The notes beneath the pieces were generated by a model, which saw nothing but the letters and a program-made list of their open reading frames with translations, searched no databases and had not been told where the DNA came from. Both the position numbers and the translations under genes were made by a program. 24,464 nt of DNA from Candidatus Scalinduaceae bacterium (lineage in GTDB: Bacteria; Planctomycetota; Brocadiia; Brocadiales; Scalinduaceae), in NCBI GenBank assembly GCA_046759445.1, contig JBHICG010000052.1, forward strand, positions 1 to 24,464. The letters run 5' to 3'. Within the stretch, counting starts at the first letter, position 1, and each line of letters opens with the position of its first letter. This document shows, one piece after another, positions 15,335 to 24,464 of this stretch.

Positions 15335-16471
15335 TTATTCAAAATAACCTTTTATCTTTTCAAAAAAACTCTTCCTCTTTGGGCTTACATTTTTATGTTC
15401 TAATTCTGCAAACTCTCTTAATATTTTCTCCTGTTGAGAAGTCAATTTTGTAGGTGTTTCAACAATGATATGAACTAACAAGTTCCCTTTACCATAACCA
15501 CGAATATGTGGAAAACCCTCACCTTTAACTGAAATAACTTCACCACTTTGAATCCCAGTAGGCACCATTACTTTCTTTAATTTCCCCGTGATTGTAGGAA
15601 CATCAATCATACAACCCAAAGCCGCCTGTGTAAAAGTAATAGGAAACTCGCAAATTAAATCATAGTTTTGCCTACTAAAAATAGGATGCGGCTTTATATG
15701 TATATCACAAAATAAGTCACCTGGATGGGCACCGTTTTCTCCAGGTTCACCCTGACCTGCAATACGCAACCGCGTACCATCTTCAATGCCAGCAGGAACC
15801 CGAACCTTGATTTGAGATTTTCTTGGATACAGGCCCGTACCTTTACATTTATAACACGGTGTTTCTATAATTCTTCCTTGTCCCTGACATTTTGGACATG
15901 TAGTCCTCAAGGTAAAAAAACCCTGCCTTTGATGCACTTCACCTCTACCTTTACAATAAGGACACGTAACAGAAGATGTACCTTTGCGTGCACCAGAACC
16001 TTTACACTCTTCGCAGACATCCTTCTTAGTAATTCCAATTGTTTTCTCTACACCAGTAGCAACCTCTTTAAAGTCTAAGAGGATATCACATCTTAAGCTG
16101 GCACCATGACGAATAGCTTTTGTCCTGGTTCCACCGCCAAAAAATTCATCAAATATGCTACCGCCACCAAAGATATCACCGAATGCATCAAATATGTCCT
16201 CGAAATTGCCAAATCCTCTAGTCTCTACCCCCCTTAATCCTTCGTGGCCAAACTGATCATATCTCTTCCTTTTTTCCGGGTTGCCAAGAACTTCATATGC
16301 CTCGGCTGCGCTCTTAAACAAATCTTCCGCCTTCTTATCTCCGGGATTTTTGTCTGGGTGATATTTCAAGGCCAATTTTCTATAAGCACGTTTTATTTCA
16401 TCTTGATTAGCATTTCTTTCAACCCCAAGAATATTGTAATAATCTTCTTTATGCATATTTAAGCTAGACAT
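15335..16471 (-). CDS. dnaJ: Chaperone DnaJ (class A)
   Basis: J domain with HPD, G/F-rich region and four CxxCxGxG repeats. The start may be the ATG at 16456. Confidence 0.97.
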   Translation of the reverse strand: MSSLNMHKEDYYNILGVERNANQDEIKRAYRKLALKYHPDKNPGDKKAEDLFKSAAEAYEVLGNPEKRKRYDQFGHEGLRGVETRGFGNFEDIFDAFGDIFGGGSIFDEFFGGGTRTKAIRHGASLRCDILLDFKEVATGVEKTIGITKKDVCEECKGSGARKGTSSVTCPYCKGRGEVHQRQGFFTLRTTCPKCQGQGRIIETPCYKCKGTGLYPRKSQIKVRVPAGIEDGTRLRIAGQGEPGENGAHPGDLFCDIHIKPHPIFSRQNYDLICEFPITFTQAALGCMIDVPTITGKLKKVMVPTGIQSGEVISVKGEGFPHIRGYGKGNLLVHIIVETPTKLTSQQEKILREFAELEHKNVSPKRKSFFEKIKGYFE

Positions 16472-16579
16472 AATTAAACATTTTTACTACCAATTCAAGA
16501 TTATGTGCATTGCCTTCTTGAGCATTTAACTCCATGTTATAAAATAAGTTAAAACTCTAAAAAAGTATCTGAAATAAAT

Positions 16580-16607
16580 ATGATACAGGTGATATTAAAA
16601 ATGTCAA
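16580..16607 (-). promoter_or_regulatory. Putative sigma70-type promoter for dnaJ-grpE-fmdB-yacG
   Basis: Minus strand TTGACA-N16-TATCAT. Confidence 0.5.
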
Positions 16608-16785
16608 GCCCGTTTTACCCCTTGTTTTACCTAATACTATATTTATACAATTCGAAAATAAACACTGGAATTCTCCTGAAAAGCCTCTCTGACGGTAGGT
16701 GGGAACAAAAATACTACAACGGGGAAAATACTATTTCTTTTTATTCTTCATATTTCGTGATGACCAGAAGGTCATAAATCTTTAC

Positions 16786-16817
16786 AAAGAAAAAGGTCAC
16801 TTGAACTGTGACCTTTT
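16786..16817 (-). terminator. Intrinsic terminator after the second groEL
   Basis: Minus strand AAAAGGTCAC-AGTTCAA-GTGACCTTTT followed by a T-rich tail, about 30 bp after the stop codon. Confidence 0.75.
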
Positions 16818-16849
16818 CCCTGAATACTGATTCTAAAATGTAAAACTAA

Positions 16850-18472
16850 CTAATAGACGCTACCCTCAACTGATCCTTCCTCCTCCTCATCCTCTTTTAA
16901 CTCTGTAACCATAACATCGGTTGTTAACATTAATCCTGCTATGCTAGCTGCATTTTGCAATGCAGTACGTGCAACCTTTGTTGGATCAATTATACCTTTT
17001 TCCAACATATTTACATATTCGCACGTGTTGGCATCAAAACCTATATTAATACCCTTTTCTTTTAACTCTTCCGCAACTACTGGAGCATCACCACCTGCAT
17101 TAGACACAATCTGTCTTAAAGGCGCTTCAAGAACTCTCTCTATTATATCAGCACCTAACTTTTCATCTCCCTTTAATTTCTTACGTAGCTCTTCAACTTT
17201 TGCAATTGCTCTGAGAAAGGCAACACCTCCTCCTGGAATAATTCCTTCTTCCACTGCTGCCCTGGTAGCGTGAAGAGCATCTTCAACCAGTGCCTTTCTT
17301 TCGTTTACTTCAGTTTCAGTGGCGCCACCTACATTTATAACTGCAACACCACCAGTAAGTTTTGCAAGTCTCTCTTGAAGTTTTTCCCTGTCATAATCAG
17401 ATGTATTCTGCGCAACTTGATTCCTGATTTGTGAAATCCTGCCCTGTATATCTGCCCTCTTTCCCGCACCTTCAATTATTGTGGTATTATCCTTATCTAT
17501 CGTCACTCTCTTTGCTCCTCCAAGATCATCTAATCCCAAAGTTTCCAGTTTTATCCCAAGGTCTTCAGAAATTACACACCCATTTGTAAGAATAGCTATA
17601 TCTTCAAGCATAGCCTTTCTTCTGTCACCAAAACCAGGCGCTTTAACAGCCGCACAATTCAAAACCCCGCGTAACTTATTGACAACCAACGTAGCCAAAG
17701 CCTCACCTTCAACTTCCTCTGCAATGATTAAAAGGGATTTACCAACACTTGCAATTTTCTCCAATAGGGGTAGAAGTTCCTTCATATTAGAAATCTTTTT
17801 CTCATGAATTAATATATATGGGTCCTCAAAGATAACTTCCATGGTTTGAGCGTTTGTTATAAAATAAGGTGAAACAAATCCTTTATCAAATTGCATTCCT
17901 TCAACAACATCCAAAGTTGTTTTAATACTTTTTGCTTCTTCAACAGTAATAACACCATCCTTACCCACTTTGTCCATGGCATCTGCCAGTAAATTCCCTA
18001 TAGAAGAATCATTGTTAGCAGAAATAGTGCCAACTTGGGCAATTTGTGATCTATCCTTAACTTTCTTACTTAGACCTTTTATTTCTTCAACCACTACATT
18101 TACGGTCTTATCTATACCCCTTTTTAAGGCCATAGGGTTTGTGCCTGCAGTAACCCTTTTCATGCCCTCATTAAAAATTGCTTCAGCTAGAATAGTTGCG
18201 GTCGTCGTACCGTCTCCCGCCACATCGCTTGTCTTAGAAGACACTTCGCAAACCATCTTTGCCCCCATATTTTCGAAAGGTTCACTTAATTCTACCTCCT
18301 TTGCAACTGTCACGCCATCCTTTGTAACAGTAGGTGATCCAAAGCTCTTTTCTAGAATCAGATTTCTTCCTGTAGGGCCCATTGTTACCCTTACCGCATC
18401 CGTTAACTTCTTAATTCCTTTTTTTATGTTCCGTCTCGCTTCTTCATCAAACAAAAGCTGTTTTGCTGCCAT
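16850..18472 (-). CDS. groEL: Chaperonin GroEL (paralogue with an acidic tail)
   Basis: [38 protein letters not shown] and [10 protein letters not shown]. Confidence 0.97.
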   Translation of the reverse strand: MAAKQLLFDEEARRNIKKGIKKLTDAVRVTMGPTGRNLILEKSFGSPTVTKDGVTVAKEVELSEPFENMGAKMVCEVSSKTSDVAGDGTTTATILAEAIFNEGMKRVTAGTNPMALKRGIDKTVNVVVEEIKGLSKKVKDRSQIAQVGTISANNDSSIGNLLADAMDKVGKDGVITVEEAKSIKTTLDVVEGMQFDKGFVSPYFITNAQTMEVIFEDPYILIHEKKISNMKELLPLLEKIASVGKSLLIIAEEVEGEALATLVVNKLRGVLNCAAVKAPGFGDRRKAMLEDIAILTNGCVISEDLGIKLETLGLDDLGGAKRVTIDKDNTTIIEGAGKRADIQGRISQIRNQVAQNTSDYDREKLQERLAKLTGGVAVINVGGATETEVNERKALVEDALHATRAAVEEGIIPGGGVAFLRAIAKVEELRKKLKGDEKLGADIIERVLEAPLRQIVSNAGGDAPVVAEELKEKGINIGFDANTCEYVNMLEKGIIDPTKVARTALQNAASIAGLMLTTDVMVTELKEDEEEEGSVEGSVY

Positions 18473-18492
18473 AATAAGCCTCCTGAACTTAA

Positions 18493-18780
18493 TTATTCAA
18501 TTTTAGCCAAAATATCACTTTCCTTTATAATAAGATATTCCTTCCCTTCAACTGTTATTTCTGTGCCTGCATATTTTCCATAAAGCACCTGATCTCCCTT
18601 TTTCACCAAAAGCTCAGCTCTTTTACCGTTGTTCAAGAGTCTTCCTTCCCCCACTGATATAACCTTTCCCTTTGTTGGTTTTTCTTTTGCTGTGTCAGGT
18701 AAAACAATTCCGCCTTTTGTTTTTTCTTCTGCTTCAAGTGGTTCAACAACAATTCTATCATCTAAAGGTCTTATTGCCAT
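18493..18780 (-). CDS. groES: Co-chaperonin GroES
   Basis: [25 protein letters not shown] and ESDILA. RBS AGGAGG. Confidence 0.97.
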   Translation of the reverse strand: MAIRPLDDRIVVEPLEAEEKTKGGIVLPDTAKEKPTKGKVISVGEGRLLNNGKRAELLVKKGDQVLYGKYAGTEITVEGKEYLIIKESDILAKIE

Positions 18781-18850
18781 AATCAATTCCTCCTGTTTTT
18801 ATCATAATCATTAAATAAATAATAAAATCCTATAATTCACTGGGATATTC

Positions 18851-20521
18851 TCACATTCCACCCATTCCACCCATTCCTCCCATTCCACCCATTCCGCCAG
18901 GAGGCATACCACCCCCTGGTGGCATCATTGGTTCCTCCTCCTTCTTAGGAATCTCAGTAATAAGGCAATCACTCGTAAGAAGTACTCCCGTTATGCTCAA
19001 AGCATTTTGTAACGCAAACCTTGTTACTTTTGTAGGATCTATTACACCCGATTCAATAAGATTACAATATTCTTCTCTTTCAGCATCATAACCAAATGCT
19101 TTATCTTTTGATGCTAGAATTTTTCTGACAACAACCCCACCTTCCAATCCTGCATTTCTAGCTATCTGCTTTACGGGTTCGCTAAGTGAATTTTTTATTA
19201 TGCCAACTCCAATATTTTCATCGTCCTTTAATTTAAGGTTGTTCAGCACATCTGAAGCCCTTAACAATGCCACACCGCCGCCTGGCAAAACACCTTCTTC
19301 TATTGCAGCACGAGTAGCATGTAGTGCGTCCTCTACGCGGGCTTTCTTTTCTTTCATTTCGGTTTCTGTTGACGCACCAACATTTATTTGCGCCACACCA
19401 CCTGCCAACTTTGCTAACCTTTCTTGTAGTTTCTCACGATCATAGTCAGAGGTAGTCTCTTCTTTTTCTCTTCTTATCTGATTTATACGCCCACTAATCG
19501 CTTTTGAACTACCACTACCTTGAATAATAGTTGTATTTTCAGAATCTATATTAATCTTTTTTGCAGTTCCAAGATCATTTAACTCAATACTCTCCAACTG
19601 TATCCCTAAATCCTTAAATATGGGCTTACTACCCGTAAGTATAGCAATGTCCTCCATCATTGCCTTTCTGCGATCTCCATATCCGGGCGCCTTAATTGCC
19701 GCACACGATATAGTACCTCTAAGGTTGTTAACTACTAAAGTAGCTAGCGCTTCACCTTCAATATCTTCTGCTATAATTAAAAGAGGTTTTTTGGTCTTAG
19801 CAATTTTTTCAAGTAAAGGTACTATTCCCTTAATAGCAGAAATCTTCTCCTCATGTACAAGAACATAAGCATCTCTTAATTCTACCTTCATATTATCCTT
19901 ATCCGTCACGAAATGAGGTGATAGATACCCACGGTCAAATTGCATGCCTTCAACAACTTCAACATCTGTACCAAGACCCTTTCCCTCTTCAACCGTAATA
20001 ACACCGTCTTTACCTACTTTCTCCATAGCATTAGCAATCATCTTACCTACTTCACTATCATTGTTACTCGCAATAGTTCCAATATTAGTAATATCTGATT
20101 GGTCTTTTATTTTTTTACTCATTTCCTTTAATTTCTCAATTACTTTGTTAACGGCTATCTTCATTCCACGATTCAGAGCCATAGAATCTGCACCGGCAGA
20201 GACACATTTTAAACCGTTATTGAAAATAGATTCAGCCAAAATCGTTGCAGTCGTAGTACCATCCCCTGCAACATCGCTTGTTTTTGACGCAACTTCCTTT
20301 ACCAGTTTTGCACCCATATTTTCATATGGGTCTTTCAACTCTATCTCTTCAGCAACCGATACCCCATCCTTTGTTATTGTGGGACTACCCCAACCCTTAT
20401 CGAGTATCGCATTTCTGCCTCTGGGTCCTAAAGTACATTTAACCGCTTTGGCCAGCTTTGTAATTCCATTTTTCAATGCTAATCTCGCATCTTCCCTAAA
20501 TGCTAACTGCTTTGCTGCCAT
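18851..20521 (-). CDS. groEL: Chaperonin GroEL (paralogue with a GGM tail)
   Basis: [33 protein letters not shown] and C-terminal [19 protein letters not shown]. Confidence 0.97.
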   Translation of the reverse strand: MAAKQLAFREDARLALKNGITKLAKAVKCTLGPRGRNAILDKGWGSPTITKDGVSVAEEIELKDPYENMGAKLVKEVASKTSDVAGDGTTTATILAESIFNNGLKCVSAGADSMALNRGMKIAVNKVIEKLKEMSKKIKDQSDITNIGTIASNNDSEVGKMIANAMEKVGKDGVITVEEGKGLGTDVEVVEGMQFDRGYLSPHFVTDKDNMKVELRDAYVLVHEEKISAIKGIVPLLEKIAKTKKPLLIIAEDIEGEALATLVVNNLRGTISCAAIKAPGYGDRRKAMMEDIAILTGSKPIFKDLGIQLESIELNDLGTAKKINIDSENTTIIQGSGSSKAISGRINQIRREKEETTSDYDREKLQERLAKLAGGVAQINVGASTETEMKEKKARVEDALHATRAAIEEGVLPGGGVALLRASDVLNNLKLKDDENIGVGIIKNSLSEPVKQIARNAGLEGGVVVRKILASKDKAFGYDAEREEYCNLIESGVIDPTKVTRFALQNALSITGVLLTSDCLITEIPKKEEEPMMPPGGGMPPGGMGGMGGMGGMGGM

Positions 20522-20581
20522 TACTTCCTCCTTTCAAATTGTACGCATATCTTCTTAAAAAAATCTTTTCATTACATATAA

Positions 20582-20597
20582 AGCAAAACATGTACCA
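20582..20597 (-). promoter_or_regulatory. Putative sigma54 (-24/-12) promoter of groEL-groES-groEL
   Basis: Minus strand TGGTAC-ATGTT-TTGCT with exact GG-N10-GC spacing, about 60 bp upstream of the ATG. Confidence 0.7.
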
Positions 20598-20695
20598 ATA
20601 TATCTCACAACGCCTCATATGTCTTTAATTCATGGTATGTTATGAGCTTGAGAAGACATTACTATTTTAAATAATTTGTAATGTAAACAGCGATG

Positions 20696-20750
20696 TGTCA
20701 TTTTGGCATCCACTTTTTTTTTTAATTCCGTCGTGTATGCCAATTTGACA
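20696..20750. promoter_or_regulatory. Pair of palindromic boxes, candidate upstream activator sequences
   Basis: TGTCA-TTT-TGGCA (20696-20708) and TGCCA-ATT-TGACA (20738-20750) are mutually inverted and 42 bp apart. Confidence 0.6.
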
Positions 20751-21112
20751 GAATGTTATTTTTATAACCGAATGACTATTCTAGTTAAAGCAAAATCCGC
20801 ACTTTGTCTATGCAACTTAATTTCAGAACATATAAAAAATATGTTTTAACAGGCCTTAAGTATCTTAAACTCATCCATATTTATTGTGATTTAGCATGAA
20901 CGACATCAACAAAACTAAATCTCGTTAACTGTTCTTGTCAGATATTTTCTATAAATCTAAATTATTTTATTAAATTACCTTGACTTATCCTTCTTTGGCA
21001 TTTATTGCTATGGAAAATTAGAAATTTACTTTCCTATATCTGTAAAGGTTCTTGATCTTTCTAACTAATGTTCTGAAAACTGTAAATAGCTTAAAAGTTT
21101 CATTTCTGTTTC

Positions 21113-21517
21113 ATGCATAGCAAAAGGAATCCGTCTAAAATTATAAATAAAATAAACACTTTCTTTTTATGGCAAGGCCCATGGGTTCTTTATTGTCTTT
21201 TTATCTTCTACCTTTCATCCATTCCCAATCCACCAGATATTTATACCTTCCCTCTTTCTGACAAGATTAAACACGCATTTCTATATTTATTTTTGGCCTT
21301 ACTAACTTTAAGGGCATTTCGTAAATGGTCTGGAGATTTTTCTAGTAGGTATTACTTTATCTGGGCTATTTTTTTTTGCGTCCTTTATGGGGCATCTGAT
21401 GAATGGCATCAAAGTTTTGTTGCTAACCGGGATTCGAACGTGATGGATTGGGTCGCAGACGTCATCGGTACTAGCATTGGTGGAACGATTTATTGGTTTC
21501 ACAACAAGAAGAAGTAA
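21113..21517 (+). CDS. VanZ family membrane protein
   Basis: IFYLSS.P, DKIKHAFLY, YGASDEWHQSFV.NR and DWVAD..G. Confidence 0.9.
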   Translation: MHSKRNPSKIINKINTFFLWQGPWVLYCLFIFYLSSIPNPPDIYTFPLSDKIKHAFLYLFLALLTLRAFRKWSGDFSSRYYFIWAIFFCVLYGASDEWHQSFVANRDSNVMDWVADVIGTSIGGTIYWFHNKKK

Positions 21518-21565
21518 AGTATTATCCAAAAAAAAAATTAAGATATTATAAAAAACCAGGTTGTT

Positions 21566-22630
21566 TTATATGAGGACGGCTTTGTGATCTATTAAATTTG
21601 TGTCACTCACCCCAAGTCCGAAACTAACAGCAGTTTCAATATGTTTTGGAACATTTGCACGATTAAAGAGTGAAGGCAGATTTCTTTCTTTCCTCTTTTC
21701 CTCAATGATGTTTCTCCCCGTTGTATCTAGGGAAACAGGATCTTTACTTAACAAAATTCCATTATTGACCCATACATGTCTCTTTTGTGGCATTGGTCCA
21801 CCATCGAAAAGACCAAGGATGCCATTACAGATGTGAAGCCTGATTTTATCCCTTATTATGGGTATTGAATTCATGGCTGCAATGAATGGATCACATGAAT
21901 TATCATGAAAGTTATCCGGGTGACTAATCACACCATGTGATATATTTTTTAATGCAATGCTTACACCTGCAGTTTCATGGTCTTTTAGCAAACATAGATT
22001 TATGAGTGAATCAACATCTTCGGTAAGGATCTTACTTATCCTTACGGCTCCATAACCACTGTCGTACTCTTTATATGAACTACCCGAATCCAGGGCATCT
22101 AATCCTCCCCCCTTATCGGTTGCATAAATCCTCACCCCCTTAAAAGATGTGTTTAACCTGAAGCCTGATGATAGCAAAAAATGCTGATATTGATCCCATA
22201 TAATAATATTATTTTCATTAACACCTATGCCTTTAAGGGCATCAACGATAACCCAACAAACTTGATAATTACCAGCAAGGAGGTGAGAACCAAGACCGTT
22301 TATCTTTATGCCTATCCTTTCGTCTTCGTGAAACAGCGAGCCCCATGCATCTTTTGGATTTTTTTTGCCTGTAAGTGAAGTTATTCCTGTAACCATCATC
22401 TGTTTAACGAGAGAAATATCTGGAGTTAAGTTTTTAATAACATCTTTCTTGCTTTTAACATCTACGACAAGAGATTGCGGGTTTAATTTGTTTGTTAATC
22501 CTGAATTTTTTTCAACGTTATTTGGTAAGGGATCAGGGGGTAATGGTATTTGAGATAAGAATATACCACCCAGTAGTGTATGGGTGCATGTTTCTTTAAT
22601 AAATTCTCTACGAGTTTTATGTTTACTCAT
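21566..22630 (-). CDS. DUF362-domain protein with a twin-arginine (Tat)-like signal
   Basis: TRREFIK at the N-terminus, then IGIKIN, LINL..LKDH..AGVS.ALKN..G, GGP and DPVSLD. RBS GAGGAG. Confidence 0.82.
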   Translation of the reverse strand: MSKHKTRREFIKETCTHTLLGGIFLSQIPLPPDPLPNNVEKNSGLTNKLNPQSLVVDVKSKKDVIKNLTPDISLVKQMMVTGITSLTGKKNPKDAWGSLFHEDERIGIKINGLGSHLLAGNYQVCWVIVDALKGIGVNENNIIIWDQYQHFLLSSGFRLNTSFKGVRIYATDKGGGLDALDSGSSYKEYDSGYGAVRISKILTEDVDSLINLCLLKDHETAGVSIALKNISHGVISHPDNFHDNSCDPFIAAMNSIPIIRDKIRLHICNGILGLFDGGPMPQKRHVWVNNGILLSKDPVSLDTTGRNIIEEKRKERNLPSLFNRANVPKHIETAVSFGLGVSDTNLIDHKAVLI

Positions 22631-22646
22631 AACAATCTCTCCTCAA

Positions 22647-22695
22647 AGATATCAGATTATTGATGTTAGATACAAGATGTTAGAAGCAAGAGAAA
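22647..22695. repeat. Degenerate heptamer tandem repeat (seven units)
   Basis: AGATATC AGATTAT TGATGTT AGATACA AGATGTT AGAAGCA AGAGAAA. Confidence 0.55.
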
Positions 22696-22985
22696 AGAAT
22701 CTATTCATTAATTGTTATTAACTTGCGCATTTGTTTTTATTCTCAGTGTCACTCTGTGTTCTCTGGTTAAAGAAAATAGTTATCTGTATGTATCTGCGAA
22801 AATCCCTGCCCAACGGATAGTTTGGCGAGTGTGTCCTATATAATTTAAACTATTTTAACATTTTAGTTTGATACATTCAATTATAGAATTTCGGAGTTTG
22901 ATATACTACATTTCATTGTGGCATATAAAACCAAAAATGGAAGAGCTTTTTCTCTTTATCATAAAGATAATGAGAGTGCTATGCA

Positions 22986-23008
22986 GGTTCAGGCTACAAG
23001 CCTGAACC
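22986..23008. repeat. REP-like hairpin
   Basis: GGTTCAGGC-TACAA-GCCTGAACC, a perfect 9-bp stem. Confidence 0.6.
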
Positions 23009-23027
23009 AACAAAGAACCAGCAAGAA

Positions 23028-23177
23028 TGTCATTCTGAATGGAGTTGAAAATCTCGTAAGTTATTGTTATAAATAGATTTTTCACGGAGTTTATCCTGAG
23101 CCGAAGGTATTAGATTCTTCCCCCCTCATCTTGCTCGCTTTCGCTTCGTAAGCTAGCAGAGGGGGTCAGAGATGACA
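23028..23177. repeat. Nested palindromic REP/RPE-like element
   Basis: Outer arms TGTCATTCTGA and TCAGAGATGACA. Inner stems GAAAATCT/AGATTTTTC and CCCCCTC/GAGGGGG. ATTAGATTCTTC is identical to 209-220. Confidence 0.7.
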
Positions 23178-23386
23178 TTTCTGGTATTATGCAGAACTCT
23201 TCAAAGATAATTATTTATGACTGTTATGGCGGCTTGGCATGCGGCTTGATATATAAATATTTGGAACTACATATTGTTATCAAAAGTATTAACTCTTTTC
23301 TCAGACTCAGTAATTATAAATAATGATATAATAAATTAAACATTTAAAGATGTTAATAAATGAGTTTTATATAAAGGAAAATTAAT

Positions 23387-24464
23387 ATGAAAAACGTACC
23401 AAATTCATTAAAAGAACAGAAAAGCTCAAAAGTCAGATGGGAAATTATCTCTGCCTTAATTGCTATTTTTATAGCAGGATTAATTATAGGCTTGTTTTTT
23501 AAGTCTGGTGGAGTAGAAGGTCCTATTGACACAACCATACTGACTGAGACAACTGAAGGTAAGATATTATTCTGGACGTGTAGCATGCATCCACAAATTA
23601 AGCAGGCCGAACCTGGACGTTGTCCTATATGTGGAATGGATCTTGTTCCGATGAGGGAAGAAGCAGGTGGAGGGGAAGAGGCAAGTTTAAGGCTTGGTGA
23701 GAGGGCTCGCCATCTTGCCTCAGTTCAAACAACTCCAGTTGAGTACAGAAAATTGGCAAAATCTATCTATACCGTAGGCAAGATAAACTATGATGAGAGC
23801 CGTATTGCACACGTTACTGCATGGGTTTCCGGACGCACCGACAAGCTTTATGTTAATTTCACAGGAACCATAGTTAAGAAGGGTGAGCATCTGGTTTACA
23901 TGTATAGCCCTGACCTTCTGTCCACCCAGGAAGAATATCTACTGGCTTATAGCGGAATTGAACAGCTCAAGCAGAGTCCTGTACCTGAGATTATCTCGTC
24001 ATCAAGAACTCTCCTTGAAAACACCAAACAAAGACTCCTTTTATGGGGCATAACTGAAGAACAAATTAACGAACTCGAAAAAACTAAGAAACCCCAAACT
24101 CATCTAACTATCCATGCACCTATAGGTGGGACTATTATTAACAAATACGCCTTTGAAGGTATGTATTATAAGACGGGAGACATGCTTTTTACTATCGCTG
24201 ATCTGAGTCGTGTATGGCTGTATCTTGATATTTACGAATATGATATTCCCTGGATAAGGTATGGTCAGGATATCGAGGTTATAACTGAATCTTATCCCGG
24301 AGAGGTTTTTCATGGGACTGTTGTCTTTATAGACCCATTTCTGAATGAAATGACAAGGACTGTCAAGGTTCGTGTCAATATGGATAACCGGGAGGGAAAA
24401 CTTAAACCTGGCATGTATGTTAATGCAAGATTCAAGGTTAAACTCGGTAGTGAAGGAGTTATCT
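23387..24464 (+). CDS. CusB/CzcB-type heavy-metal RND efflux periplasmic adaptor, 3'-truncated by the window edge
   Basis: Hand translation: MKNVPNS..., a TM anchor, heavy-metal-binding WTCSMHPQI...PGRCPICGMDLVP, G.I.YDE, VKKGE.L..MYSPDL...QEEYL, IADLSRVW, IDPFL...TRTVKVR and LKPGMY. Missing from the ORF track because it has no stop codon in the window. Confidence 0.92.
   Translation, partial: MKNVPNSLKEQKSSKVRWEIISALIAIFIAGLIIGLFFKSGGVEGPIDTTILTETTEGKILFWTCSMHPQIKQAEPGRCPICGMDLVPMREEAGGGEEASLRLGERARHLASVQTTPVEYRKLAKSIYTVGKINYDESRIAHVTAWVSGRTDKLYVNFTGTIVKKGEHLVYMYSPDLLSTQEEYLLAYSGIEQLKQSPVPEIISSSRTLLENTKQRLLLWGITEEQINELEKTKKPQTHLTIHAPIGGTIINKYAFEGMYYKTGDMLFTIADLSRVWLYLDIYEYDIPWIRYGQDIEVITESYPGEVFHGTVVFIDPFLNEMTRTVKVRVNMDNREGKLKPGMYVNARFKVKLGSEGVI

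Noticed and set aside
16580..16777. 65-aa plus-strand ORF between dnaJ and groEL
   Set aside because: No RBS, overlaps the dnaJ promoter on the opposite strand, and has no recognisable domain.
16941..20558. Long antisense ORFs opposite groEL/groES
   Set aside because: Typical antisense shadows of highly expressed chaperonin genes.
22974..22981. CIRCE half-site GAGTGCTA
   Set aside because: No TTAGCACTC partner 9 bp upstream, and it is far from the chaperone genes.
23353..24313. Minus-strand ORFs 23353-23586 and 24104-24313
   Set aside because: Antisense to the CusB-like CDS that starts at 23387.

Overview
AT-rich (by eye roughly 35-38% GC) core-chromosome window. It most likely comes from an anammox planctomycete (Ca. 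Brocadiia, Scalindua-like); this is inferred from gene order and protein style, not from a database search. From left to right: a palindromic-repeat-rich leader, a compact class II ribonucleotide reductase (nrdJ), and a minus-strand plsC / Cys-rich small protein / membrane Zn-ribbon / YqeY cluster. Next come a DUF123-type GIY-YIG nuclease, an RNA-turnover neighbourhood (YhaM, YlbF-family protein, RNase R), an RmlD-like SDR lacking its catalytic YxxxK, an ADP-ribosylglycohydrolase, der and a polytopic membrane protein. These are followed by the chaperone cluster groEL-groES-groEL-dnaJ-grpE-FmdB-yacG, VanZ, a Tat-signal DUF362 protein and a 3'-truncated CusB-like RND adaptor. No rRNA, tRNA, CRISPR array or transposase was seen. 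The most notable signals are: (i) a sigma54-type promoter with paired TG(T/C)CA-N3-TG(G/A)CA boxes and no CIRCE upstream of the groE operon; (ii) the RmlD-like pseudo-enzyme; (iii) a 10-Cys microprotein with CD[LI]G repeats; (iv) a MITE-like element with a second end upstream of nrdJ; (v) a candidate structured RNA just upstream of der. I found no clearly complete novel multi-gene system; the candidates below are partial and need testing.
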